DNA from: Alphaproteobacteria bacterium
Lineage (GTDB): Bacteria > Pseudomonadota > Alphaproteobacteria > UBA6615
DNA: 56,007 nucleotides
Assembly: GCA_028822385.1 (NCBI GenBank)
Contig: JAPKDV010000002.1
Coordinates: 1 to 56,007 of the forward strand
Direction: 5' to 3'
This document shows positions 1 through 7,907 of the stretch, piece after piece. How positions within the stretch are numbered: the first letter of the stretch is position 1; the number at the start of each line of letters is the position of its first letter. Both the position numbers and the translations under genes were made by a program. The notes beneath the pieces are model-generated. The model was not told the origin of the DNA. It saw nothing but the letters and a program-made list of their open reading frames with translations, and did no database searches.

Positions 1-1
1 G

Positions 2-655
2 CTAGTTTTTCTCACCCGTATTCGGGTGCGCGATATCCGGCTGCACATAAGGTGCCTGCATCTCGAAGATATTATCCGTGTGACAATAGTGCGGACCACC
101 GAGGCGACCGATGGGCTTGAGGAGATCGGGGTTGACGTATTTGTCGTCCAGCATGAGGTCTTCGCGGACATGCCAGCGCAGGACCTTACCGATCACCACA
201 TAGGTCTTCCAGTCGTCGCCGAATTCCATCGTCTGCTGATATTCACATTCCATGGCCACCGGACAGTCCTTGATCCGTGGTGCGTCGACGAGGTCTGAGG
301 GTACGGTCTCGATCCCAATAGACTCGAACTCATTGACGTGCCGCGGCAGGCTGGCGGAACTCTCATTCATCTGGTGTTCCCAGCCCTGGGTCACCGTGTG
401 GATCACGTAGCCCTTCGTGGCTGCAATATTCGCCGACGTGTCTTTGTGGCTTTTCTCTTTTTCGCCGACCGTGATGGAGACCAAAGGCGGGAAGTGGGAG
501 ACGATTGAGAAAAAGCTGAATGGTGCCAGATTGTGGACGCCGTCTTCGTCTATGGAACTGACCCATGCGATGGGGCGCGGTACGATGGAGCCGATCAACA
601 GGCGATAGCATTGTTGGTGATCTATCTCATCGCTGTTGAAGATTCGGTAATCCAT
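2..655 (-). CDS. Flavin reductase family protein (FMN-binding split-barrel)
   Basis: ORF 2..871 contains the flavin-reductase-like core RPIAWVSS...NLAPFSFF. The internal ATG at 655 (MDYRIFNSDE) gives about 217 aa, typical for the family. The upstream 72 codons are not protein-like. Stop codon at 2-4. Confidence 0.8.
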   Translation of the reverse strand: MDYRIFNSDEIDHQQCYRLLIGSIVPRPIAWVSSIDEDGVHNLAPFSFFSIVSHFPPLVSITVGEKEKSHKDTSANIAATKGYVIHTVTQGWEHQMNESSASLPRHVNEFESIGIETVPSDLVDAPRIKDCPVAMECEYQQTMEFGDDWKTYVVIGKVLRWHVREDLMLDDKYVNPDLLKPIGRLGGPHYCHTDNIFEMQAPYVQPDIAHPNTGEKN

Positions 656-774
656 GGGTGCTCCTCGGTCAAAACCTCCGGTAGTGAAGTGTGTCGAAAG
701 ACATCCATGCCTGCAATAGTTGGTGAGGCTCTGGTCTATGCTTTGGATGCGCCGTGGTGTATCTCCGCCCGACC

Positions 775-1368
775 ATGACCGCACCTGTTCCCGCCGAACT
801 CGCCCTTGACCGTCGTACTGCACTGCCGGAAGATTATACCTTCCTGCTGATGGATCACCCGCGTCCGACATGGGAGGGGCACCCCAATAATGGTCAGTGG
901 TGCCAGTTTTGGTTGGCCCGTCACAATATGTTCCGGGAATTTGGTGAAGGTCTGACAGACGCCTGCAAGAAGTTGTTGGCAGGTGAGGTAGAGCCCAAGG
1001 GGTTTCACGAATGGTTTATGACGCGCGTGAGCTTCTTTCTTGGTGAACTCGATACCCACCACAAGATCGAGGAGTATCACTACTTCCCGTTGCTAACCCG
1101 TAGCGATGCCCGTATCGGGAAAGGGGTCGATCTACTGGAAAGCGATCACCACATAATCCACGAACTACTGCGCGGGGCGTACGACACCATCGTTGCGCTG
1201 GATGGCGCAATTCAGGAGAAACCCAATGAAGTAATGGGGCTGGTGCCGCGCATGCACGATGACCTAGCCGCACTTGATGTGGGGTTGCAGCGCCACCTCA
1301 ATGATGAAGAAGACCTCATAGTACCGCTGATCCTTGAACGATCAGAAGCCGATCTGGGGATGGCCTAA
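775..1368 (+). CDS. Hemerythrin-like HHE cation-binding domain protein
   Basis: His/Glu-rich helical motifs HHKIEEYHYFP, ESDHHIIHELL and HLNDEEDLIVP. The ORF opens at GTG 754; the first ATG at 775 is preferred. Divergent from the flavin reductase. Confidence 0.6.
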   Translation: MTAPVPAELALDRRTALPEDYTFLLMDHPRPTWEGHPNNGQWCQFWLARHNMFREFGEGLTDACKKLLAGEVEPKGFHEWFMTRVSFFLGELDTHHKIEEYHYFPLLTRSDARIGKGVDLLESDHHIIHELLRGAYDTIVALDGAIQEKPNEVMGLVPRMHDDLAALDVGLQRHLNDEEDLIVPLILERSEADLGMA

Positions 1369-1371
1369 GGG

Positions 1372-1680
1372 CTATTCCAGCCGGTCTAGTCCTCCGAAAG
1401 CTATAGTCTTGTAGCATTTGGCTAGGGTCGGGTAATTAAACACCGTGTCCACGAAATACTTGATTGTGCCCTTAATGCGCTATCACGGCCTGTCCTATAT
1501 AGATCAGCTCGGAGGCTCTTTATCCAGAATGCTGGTACCCAGTACTTCTCGGCTTTCGATATGGAACAGGATCTTCAACATGTCGATATGGCTGCCGACT
1601 TCAATTCAGTAGTTGGCATCGACCGTAACTCGCCTTCGGTCGACGGTGGCCAGACTCACGGCTTTCAGTCCTAGCTTAGC
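1372..1680 (-). pseudogene. Decayed remnant of a soluble pyridine-nucleotide transhydrogenase / dihydrolipoamide-dehydrogenase-like flavoprotein (sthA-like C-terminus)
   Basis: My own minus-strand translation gives AKLGLKAVSLATVDRRRVTVDANY*, then MLKILFHIESREVLG, then (frameshift) [14 protein letters not shown], then (frameshift) [32 protein letters not shown]. These are collinear with the SthA C-terminal dimerisation domain as I recall it (LKILFHRETKEILG...ERAAEIIHIGQAIM...[30 protein letters not shown]). About 95 aa are deleted internally, and there are at least 2 frameshifts and internal stops. Confidence 0.6.
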
Positions 1681-1766
1681 TTGGCATGGTTGGGGCTGAC
1701 CCTTTCTTTTTACACTGTGGCTCGTGCGGGTTGACTCCTAAGTTTCACTCACAAAAAATACAATTC

Positions 1767-2522
1767 ATGAACATGAATGAAGGCGTGAAGACGGCCGTGC
1801 GCACCGTCAATCTGTTTGAGGCGTTTTCCCGTCGGAAAGGCCCGATGACGCTGACCCAGATATCCGAAAGCCTGTCAGCACCGATCAGTAGTTGCCATGG
1901 TCTGGTCCGTACGCTGATTGGCATGGGCTATCTCTATACATCTGAACAAACCCGCGCGATTTACCCGACCAAACGCTTGCTCGACATTGCGCAGACGATT
2001 GCTGCACATGACCCGGTGCTGGAAAGTGTGGTGCCGGTGCTCGAAGATTTACGCGACAGTTCGAACGAGACGGTTATGCTCGGACGTCGGCAGGGAGATG
2101 TAATTTTGTATCTCGATGTTATCGAGGGCACGCAGACCGTGCGGTATTCGGCAGGTGTCGGAGAGATGAAACCGTTGCATTCCAGTGCAATCGGTAAGGC
2201 GTTTCTGGGTCGCCTTGAGGCGGGCGAGCGTGCAGCTCAGGTTGCTCGTTTGGAGCTTGATAGACACACTCCGAATACGATTGTGGAGCGCGCTACACTG
2301 GAAGCTGATCTGGGCGACGGTGCGGCTGTAGGGTATTTTATCACCCGGGGCGAGAATGTCGTTGATGTGATGGGGCTTGCGACCACCGCTGAGATATTTG
2401 GTGATGTTTTTGGAATAGGGATTGCCGCCCCCTTGTCGCGCATGGAATCCGATGTCTCAACTCAGTCGGTACGGCTACTCGCCGCGCGCGACCGACTTGA
2501 AGCTCTTGGGGGAGTTTTGTGA
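1767..2522 (+). CDS. IclR family transcriptional regulator
   Basis: N-terminal wHTH (VRTVNLFEAF...MTLTQISESLSAPISSCHGLVRTL) plus a C-terminal IclR effector domain (HSSAIGKAFL...). Start taken at ATG 1767 (MNMNEG). The stop overlaps the next gene (GTGA at 2519-2522). Confidence 0.85.
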   Translation: MNMNEGVKTAVRTVNLFEAFSRRKGPMTLTQISESLSAPISSCHGLVRTLIGMGYLYTSEQTRAIYPTKRLLDIAQTIAAHDPVLESVVPVLEDLRDSSNETVMLGRRQGDVILYLDVIEGTQTVRYSAGVGEMKPLHSSAIGKAFLGRLEAGERAAQVARLELDRHTPNTIVERATLEADLGDGAAVGYFITRGENVVDVMGLATTAEIFGDVFGIGIAAPLSRMESDVSTQSVRLLAARDRLEALGGVL

Positions 2523-3052
2523 TCGCCATGGCTGAAACCAGCTGGTCAGATGCCCTGTTTGACGTTCTGGTGCGTCAGGATATACGTCAGGTGGCCTATG
2601 TGCCCGACGCGGGACACACTAGGCTGATCGAGCGCTGTACCGCGTATCCGGCGATGGAAACTTCGGTTCTGACCACGGAGGAGGAAGGCATCGCCCTGCT
2701 GGCTGGTGCTTGGCTGGGAGGCGATCGCGGAATATTGCTGATGCAGTCTTCGGGTGTGGGCAATTGCGTGAACATGCTTTCCCTGATCGAGAATTGCCGG
2801 ATGCCGTTTGTGAGTCTGATCACGATGCGTGGCGAATGGGGTGAGTTCAACCCGTGGCAAGCCCCGATGGGGCTTGCGACCCCGGACGTGCTGAACCGGA
2901 TGAATGTGCAGGTACATCGGGTTGATGCGCCGGCAGATGTCGTAGTTACACTCGATGCTGCGATTGCTCAGTCCTATGACGGTATGCTGGCTTCTGCGGT
3001 TTTACTCTCTCAGCGTTTGATTGGAAGTAAGGATTTTGAGGTAGTAGATTGA
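2519..3052 (+). CDS. TPP-dependent decarboxylase, alpha (N-terminal PYR domain) subunit, sulfopyruvate decarboxylase ComD-like
   Basis: About 175 aa with a TPP_enzyme_N-like sequence (VAYVPDAGHTRLIE...TTEEEGIALLAGAWLGG...LLMQSSGVGNCVN). Size and pairing with the next gene match split ComD/ComE enzymes. Start is GTG 2519 or ATG 2528. Confidence 0.7.
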   Translation: MIAMAETSWSDALFDVLVRQDIRQVAYVPDAGHTRLIERCTAYPAMETSVLTTEEEGIALLAGAWLGGDRGILLMQSSGVGNCVNMLSLIENCRMPFVSLITMRGEWGEFNPWQAPMGLATPDVLNRMNVQVHRVDAPADVVVTLDAAIAQSYDGMLASAVLLSQRLIGSKDFEVVD

Positions 3053-3053
3053 T

Positions 3054-3644
3054 ATGACTGACAGTCTTTCACTTCTGGATCGCAGAGAAACTGTTGCCTG
3101 TTTACTACGTGATCGGGGTGACCTGCTTGTCATATCTGGGCTTGGCTCGGCCACCTATGACGTAGCCGCTGCTGGCGATGACCCACGAAACTTTTATCTC
3201 TGGGGTGCGATGGGTGGCACAGTCGCCATGGCCCTCGGTCTGGCACTGGCGCAACCTGAACGCCCGGTTCTCGCGATCACCGGTGATGGCGACATGTTGA
3301 TGGGAATGGGTTCGCTGGCGACAATTGGTGCTAAACGCCCTGCAAACCTCTCGGTCGTGGTTTTAGATAATGAAGTCTATGGTGAAACAGGCGGCCAGCC
3401 GACGGCAATCGCCCATGGCGTTGATCTGGTCACGGTCGCACGTGGATGCGGGCTGAACGCGCTGGACCACATCCGTGACATGAATGGGGTGGGAACACTC
3501 GCCGAACGCATACATCGGGCCGATGGTCCGTTGTTTGCCAACATTAAAATTGATGCGCAGGAATATGTGCGGGTGCTGCCGGCACGTGATGGCGTCTGGT
3601 TGCGTTCGCGCTTTCGTGAGGCCGTATTGGGCCTCGCTCCGTAA
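3054..3644 (+). CDS. TPP-dependent decarboxylase, beta (PP-binding domain) subunit, ComE-like
   Basis: TPP-binding motif GDGDMLMGMGSLATIG...VVVLDNEVYGETGGQ. It starts 2 nt after the alpha subunit stop. Confidence 0.7.
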   Translation: MTDSLSLLDRRETVACLLRDRGDLLVISGLGSATYDVAAAGDDPRNFYLWGAMGGTVAMALGLALAQPERPVLAITGDGDMLMGMGSLATIGAKRPANLSVVVLDNEVYGETGGQPTAIAHGVDLVTVARGCGLNALDHIRDMNGVGTLAERIHRADGPLFANIKIDAQEYVRVLPARDGVWLRSRFREAVLGLAP

Positions 3645-3658
3645 ATTTGGAGGGAAAG

Positions 3659-4543
3659 ATGACTAAGAAGATCGGAATACTGGGATTGGGTTTAGTTGGG
3701 CGCGTTGCGGCCGAGAAATTGATGCCCGAGGGCTACGAATGCATCGCCGTGCGTCGTCTCAGTACAGAAGATTTCCCCGATACGGGTGGCAAGCTTGTGG
3801 AAACGGCGCGAGAACTAGCCGCTACTTCAGATATTGTGATTTCGGTGCTACCCAGTGTGGAAGCGTCACGGATAGCTCTGGAGGGGCCGGAGGGTCTGAT
3901 CGCCGGTGCACATGATGGCCTCACCATCATTGAAATGAACACCTTCCCAGTATTGGAGAAGGAGAGCATCAAGATGCTTGTAGATCCAACCCCAGCATCT
4001 ATCATCGATTGCCCGATCAGCGGCACCCAGCCGATTATTCGGGCGGGTAACGGCGTGATTATGATGAGTGGCGAGGAAGCTCAGTGTGAAGCCGTCCAGC
4101 CGATGCTTGAGGCGATCTGCCCGAAGACGTTCTATGTCGGCGCTTACGGGACGGGGATCAAGCTCAAACTGATGATCAACTTCATGGTTGGTGCCAACAC
4201 GGTCGCACTGGCCGAAGGCATGTTGTTCGGTACGTCTATGGGGCTCGATCCCCAATTGATGATTGATATCGTTGGGCCGAGCGCTGCCGGGTCGACAGTT
4301 TTCAATATGCGCGCGGGAATCATTAAGGACCGGGCTTGGCAGCCCTGTGCCGGGCCAAGCAAGCTGCTCTGGAAGGATCTGGATATTGTCGAGGAGCAAG
4401 CCGATGCTCTGGGCCTGTCCGCCCCGATCCTGCGACTGTGCAATGACTACTACAAGAAGATTGAAAAAGCTGGCCGTCTCGAAGACGAATGTTCTGTGGT
4501 CTATGAAATTCTTGAAGCCGAAACCAAAGCCGCTGTGGAATAA
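3659..4543 (+). CDS. NAD(P)-dependent beta-hydroxyacid dehydrogenase (3-hydroxyisobutyrate / 6-phosphogluconate dehydrogenase-like family)
   Basis: N-terminal Rossmann motif KIGILGLGLVGRVAA and a C-terminal all-helical domain (GTGIKLKLMINFMVGANTVALAEG). ATG 3659 is preceded by GGAGGG. Confidence 0.8.
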   Translation: MTKKIGILGLGLVGRVAAEKLMPEGYECIAVRRLSTEDFPDTGGKLVETARELAATSDIVISVLPSVEASRIALEGPEGLIAGAHDGLTIIEMNTFPVLEKESIKMLVDPTPASIIDCPISGTQPIIRAGNGVIMMSGEEAQCEAVQPMLEAICPKTFYVGAYGTGIKLKLMINFMVGANTVALAEGMLFGTSMGLDPQLMIDIVGPSAAGSTVFNMRAGIIKDRAWQPCAGPSKLLWKDLDIVEEQADALGLSAPILRLCNDYYKKIEKAGRLEDECSVVYEILEAETKAAVE

Positions 4544-4545
4544 GC

Positions 4546-4568
4546 CTGTTTCACGTATGTGAGAACAG
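4546..4568. terminator. Hairpin between convergent genes (possible bidirectional terminator)
   Basis: CTGTTTCAC-gtat-GTGAGAACAG (9 bp, one bulge) sits in the 7-nt gap and over the 3' end of the lactonase gene. There is no clear U-tract. Confidence 0.3.
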
Positions 4569-5468
4569 TACCCGGCCGGAGGTTGGAAGCGTGGCTGTTA
4601 GGATACAGCCGCTTGATGATTCCGTGATGTAGAGCGTGTGGTTGTCCGGTCCGCCAAAGGCACAATTGGTGACCGCCAGGCCTTTGCTTGTGTTGATCCG
4701 GTAGAGTGGCTCACCGATCGGACTGAACACCCAGATTGCGCCCAGTCCCACATGGCAGACCAGTATATTGCCGTTGGCGTCAGTAGCCATTCCGTCGGGG
4801 CCTGTGCCTCCTGAAAGCTGAATAAAGCGTCCCACCTGATCGGCGCGTGCACCCGCATTTAACCGCATGCGCCAGACCGCGTTGTCGCGGGTCAGTCCAA
4901 CGAAGAGAATGTTCTCCTCTGAATTCAAGACCAATCCATTCGGGCTTGGGAGCTGATTACAGATCAGGTCGAGGGTTCCATCTGCGCGGAGGCAGAAGAC
5001 GCGCCCGGAGCGATCAATCAAATCGGACGTTCCCTGATCGGTGAAATACAGATTGCCATTGCTGGCATAGGTCAGATCATTGATGCCGCGGAACCGTTCA
5101 TTGGTGTTGCGCACCAGCATTGGTTCGACCGTGCCATAGACAGGGTCGAGCCGCATTAGTCCGTGGTAGTGGTCGGCGATGACGCCATAGCCGTCCCGAT
5201 GGAACGCCAGACCGTTTGGCTCGCCGTCATATTCACAGGCAATTTCGATGCTGCAGTCCGGCGCAACCCGTAACAACCGGCCCCAGGCCACATCCACTAG
5301 CCAGAGATTTCCGTCGCGATCGAAGGAGGGCCCTTCGAGAAAGCTTGGTGTGTTGGGGCGACCAAACAGCAAGTCAGCCCATTCCGAGGGTCGGTCGTGA
5401 ATACCATGCACGGCGTTCACGTCGACATAAAGTTCGGTTTCGATCACGGGTGGCGCTGCGAACATCAC
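4551..5468 (-). CDS. SMP-30 / gluconolactonase / LRE family lactonase-like protein
   Basis: 305 aa beta-propeller-type sequence (EGPSFDRDGNLWLVDV..., PNGLAF, NDLTYASNGNLYFTD, PNGLVL, GPDGMATDANGN). The start overlaps the meaB stop (ATGA, 5465-5468). Confidence 0.85.
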   Translation of the reverse strand: MMFAAPPVIETELYVDVNAVHGIHDRPSEWADLLFGRPNTPSFLEGPSFDRDGNLWLVDVAWGRLLRVAPDCSIEIACEYDGEPNGLAFHRDGYGVIADHYHGLMRLDPVYGTVEPMLVRNTNERFRGINDLTYASNGNLYFTDQGTSDLIDRSGRVFCLRADGTLDLICNQLPSPNGLVLNSEENILFVGLTRDNAVWRMRLNAGARADQVGRFIQLSGGTGPDGMATDANGNILVCHVGLGAIWVFSPIGEPLYRINTSKGLAVTNCAFGGPDNHTLYITESSSGCILTATLPTSGRVLFSHT

Positions 5469-6364
5469 GCGTCTCGCCTGCTTGGGTTCAGTTTGGCGAT
5501 GAGCGCATCAAAAAGCCCCCGCGGGTCGAGGTCGAGCAGGCTGTTATCGGCTTCCATGATTTCATCAATCCGCCGCGCGATCAGGCCCTGCGCTTGGTAA
5601 CGCGCTCGCGCCCGCTGGGTGGCGGTCTCATCCATACGCGCTTTCCGCCACTTGGCATGGGCTGAGATGGCCGCGTCCAACCTAGCAAAGCCTTCGAGGT
5701 CATTGCGAGAGGTGCTGATCACCGGGGGTGCCCAGCCATCGGCGGTTTGTCTCTCTGCGACCTGCTGGATTTCCGCAACCATCAGTTCAGCCCCGGGCAG
5801 GTCAGCCTTGCTGACCACATAGATGTCCGCCATCTCTAGAATGCCGGCTTTCATGGCCTGAATGGCGTCGCCGGATTCCGGCAAGAGCACCAGCACAACT
5901 GTGTCGACGAGTGTGCGGATCGTGTATTCCGCCTGTCCAACGCCGACGCTTTCCAGAATTACTTCATCGAATCCATGGCCTTCCATTGCGGCTAATAAAT
6001 CTGCGGTGTTGTCTGCGAGGCCGTCATGAGAGCGTCGGCTTGGGATGGAGCGGATGAAAATGTTCGGGTCATCGGCGATCGCGTCCATGCGAATGCGATC
6101 GCCCAGAATGGAACCCTTCGAAACCGGGCTCGTCGGATCGATCGCCAGAACTGCGATTTTATGGTCCTCACCTTTGCGCAGCTTTGCCAGTCGGGCGATG
6201 AGCGTACTCTTGCCTGCACCCGGTGCGCCCGTAACGCCGATGCGCGACATCTCCGGTGTGGGGACTGCACCTTGCTGGGCGAGGGTCTCGGCCACATCGG
6301 CATTGGCAATGCGCGACAAGGCGCGGCTGAGTGCCCGGCGCGGATTGCTCGACGTCTCACTCAT
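5465..6364 (-). CDS. meaB: Methylmalonyl-CoA-mutase-associated G-protein chaperone (MeaB/ArgK family)
   Basis: P-loop GVTGAPGAGKSTLI and the SIMIBI GTPase layout (VLAIDPTSP...GDRIRM, ESVGVGQ, VSKADL). 4-nt overlaps on both sides. Confidence 0.9.
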   Translation of the reverse strand: MSETSSNPRRALSRALSRIANADVAETLAQQGAVPTPEMSRIGVTGAPGAGKSTLIARLAKLRKGEDHKIAVLAIDPTSPVSKGSILGDRIRMDAIADDPNIFIRSIPSRRSHDGLADNTADLLAAMEGHGFDEVILESVGVGQAEYTIRTLVDTVVLVLLPESGDAIQAMKAGILEMADIYVVSKADLPGAELMVAEIQQVAERQTADGWAPPVISTSRNDLEGFARLDAAISAHAKWRKARMDETATQRARARYQAQGLIARRIDEIMEADNSLLDLDPRGLFDALIAKLNPSRRDA

Positions 6365-7503
6365 TTCTCTGGGATCACCGTCGGCGTACCGAGAATTTCT
6401 TCGGTGTGCTCTCCAAGCATGGGTGGGCGGCCATATCGTGGCGTGTGCCCTGACATCTTAATAGGGTTTCCAATAACGCGCAGGGCGCCGTTAGGGGTGG
6501 GGATCACCGCGATCATGTCGCGTGCTGCGGCCATCTCGCCTTCCAGAGCTGTCTCCAGAGTTTCGACACCGGAAATCACAATGCCTTCACCACCGAGCAG
6601 CGTGACCCATTCTGCGGTCGTTCGTGTCTTCATCAATGTTTGGACGGCTTTTATCACCGCATCACGGTTTTCCAAACGCGCATCCATGGTCGCAAACAGT
6701 GAATCAGTAGCCTGTTCGGTCCAACCCACAACGTCGCAGAATTTGTGCCAGAACTTGTCCGTGGATACGAACAGCATGACGTAACCGTCGCGGGACGGAA
6801 ATACTTGCGCGGGGACCATATAGGGATGGGCACTGTTGGGCATCCGCTCGGGAACTATTCCATGGTTTAGATAACCGGACGCGAGATAGTTGAGCTGGGA
6901 CAGCATGGTGTCGAAGAGGGAGATATCCACCTGACCACCTTTGCCTTCGATGATCTTGGCCAGCATTCCAATCGCGCCCATCATGCCCGTGGAATTATCG
7001 ACGGCGGAGTATCCCGCTTTCGTGGGCACTCCACCTGGTTCCCCAGTCAGGGACATCACGCCCGTGAGTGCCTGAACGATGTAGTCGTAAGCGGGTTTGT
7101 CGGAATAGGGGCCTTCGAGGCCGAACCCGGTCAATGCCACACAGATTAGTTTTTCGTTGTAGGTTTTCAAGTGCTCATAGGTCAGTCCGAAACGCCTGAT
7201 TGCGGAAGGACGCAGATTGCTGATCAGTCCGTGTGTGTCCTTGACCAATGCGCCGAGTTTGGCGCGCCCGGCTTCGGTGTGTAGATCGAGGACGATGGAG
7301 CGTTTGTTGCGATTCAGGCTGGCGAAATAGTCGTTGTAAGGCCCGGTAAATTGTTTGGTGATGTTTCGAGCCATGTCGCCGTCCGGTGGCTCGACCTTGA
7401 TGACATCGGCCCCCAGATCACCAAGGATCATGCTGCTGAACGGCCCGGCGAGCACGTGGCAGACTTCAACAATCCGGATTCCTGAAAGTGGACCCTCGCT
7501 CAT
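6361..7503 (-). CDS. Family III CoA-transferase (CaiB/BaiF/Frc family)
   Basis: Typical N-terminus GIRIVEVCHVLAGPFSSMILGDLGADVIKVEPPDGD with a length of 380 aa. Translationally coupled to the mutase small subunit and to meaB. Confidence 0.9.
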   Translation of the reverse strand: MSEGPLSGIRIVEVCHVLAGPFSSMILGDLGADVIKVEPPDGDMARNITKQFTGPYNDYFASLNRNKRSIVLDLHTEAGRAKLGALVKDTHGLISNLRPSAIRRFGLTYEHLKTYNEKLICVALTGFGLEGPYSDKPAYDYIVQALTGVMSLTGEPGGVPTKAGYSAVDNSTGMMGAIGMLAKIIEGKGGQVDISLFDTMLSQLNYLASGYLNHGIVPERMPNSAHPYMVPAQVFPSRDGYVMLFVSTDKFWHKFCDVVGWTEQATDSLFATMDARLENRDAVIKAVQTLMKTRTTAEWVTLLGGEGIVISGVETLETALEGEMAAARDMIAVIPTPNGALRVIGNPIKMSGHTPRYGRPPMLGEHTEEILGTPTVIPEK

Positions 7504-7898
7504 GCGTTAAGGTCCGCTTCGACTGCAGCAACAACCTCGTCAAGGTCCATCTCTGCGGTGAAGATACCTCGCGCGCCGGCTTGACGCAGTTCGTCGTGAT
7601 CTTCGCTCGGTATCGTGCCACCGACGAACAAATGAATATCACCAGCGTCGAGTTCGGCTAGGCATCGCGCCGTCTCTTCGACCAGTTCCTTGTGGCTGCC
7701 CGACAGGATCGAAAGGCCGACTGCATCTACATCCTCGTCCACGGCAACCCGGGCAATGTAGTCTGGGCTGCGGCGCAGGCCGGTGTAGATCACATCTGCA
7801 CCAGCATCGCGTAGGGCCAAGGCTATAATTTTCGCACCGACATCATGTCCGTCGAGGCCGGGCTTGGCGATAAGGATACGCTTTCCATTCAGGCTCAT
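7500..7898 (-). CDS. Acyl-CoA mutase small subunit (cobalamin-binding domain)
   Basis: 132 aa. Base-off/His-on motif DxHxxG is present (LDGHDVGAKII), plus SGSH...GG typical of B12-binding Rossmann domains. Confidence 0.9.
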   Translation of the reverse strand: MSLNGKRILIAKPGLDGHDVGAKIIALALRDAGADVIYTGLRRSPDYIARVAVDEDVDAVGLSILSGSHKELVEETARCLAELDAGDIHLFVGGTIPSEDHDELRQAGARGIFTAEMDLDEVVAAVEADLNA

Positions 7899-7907
7899 TG
7901 CTGCACC

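Noticed and set aside
6026-6784. Long antisense ORFs in the six-frame track. Examples: 6026..6784 (+) 252 aa, 10258..10839 (+), 33696..34247 (-), 35745..36149 (+), 44452..44922 (+), 55369..55968 (+).
   Set aside because: Each lies fully inside a confidently assigned gene on the opposite strand. Their compositions are Arg/Ser/Pro/Ala-rich and low in complexity, with no family motifs. These are typical shadow ORFs of GC-rich coding DNA.
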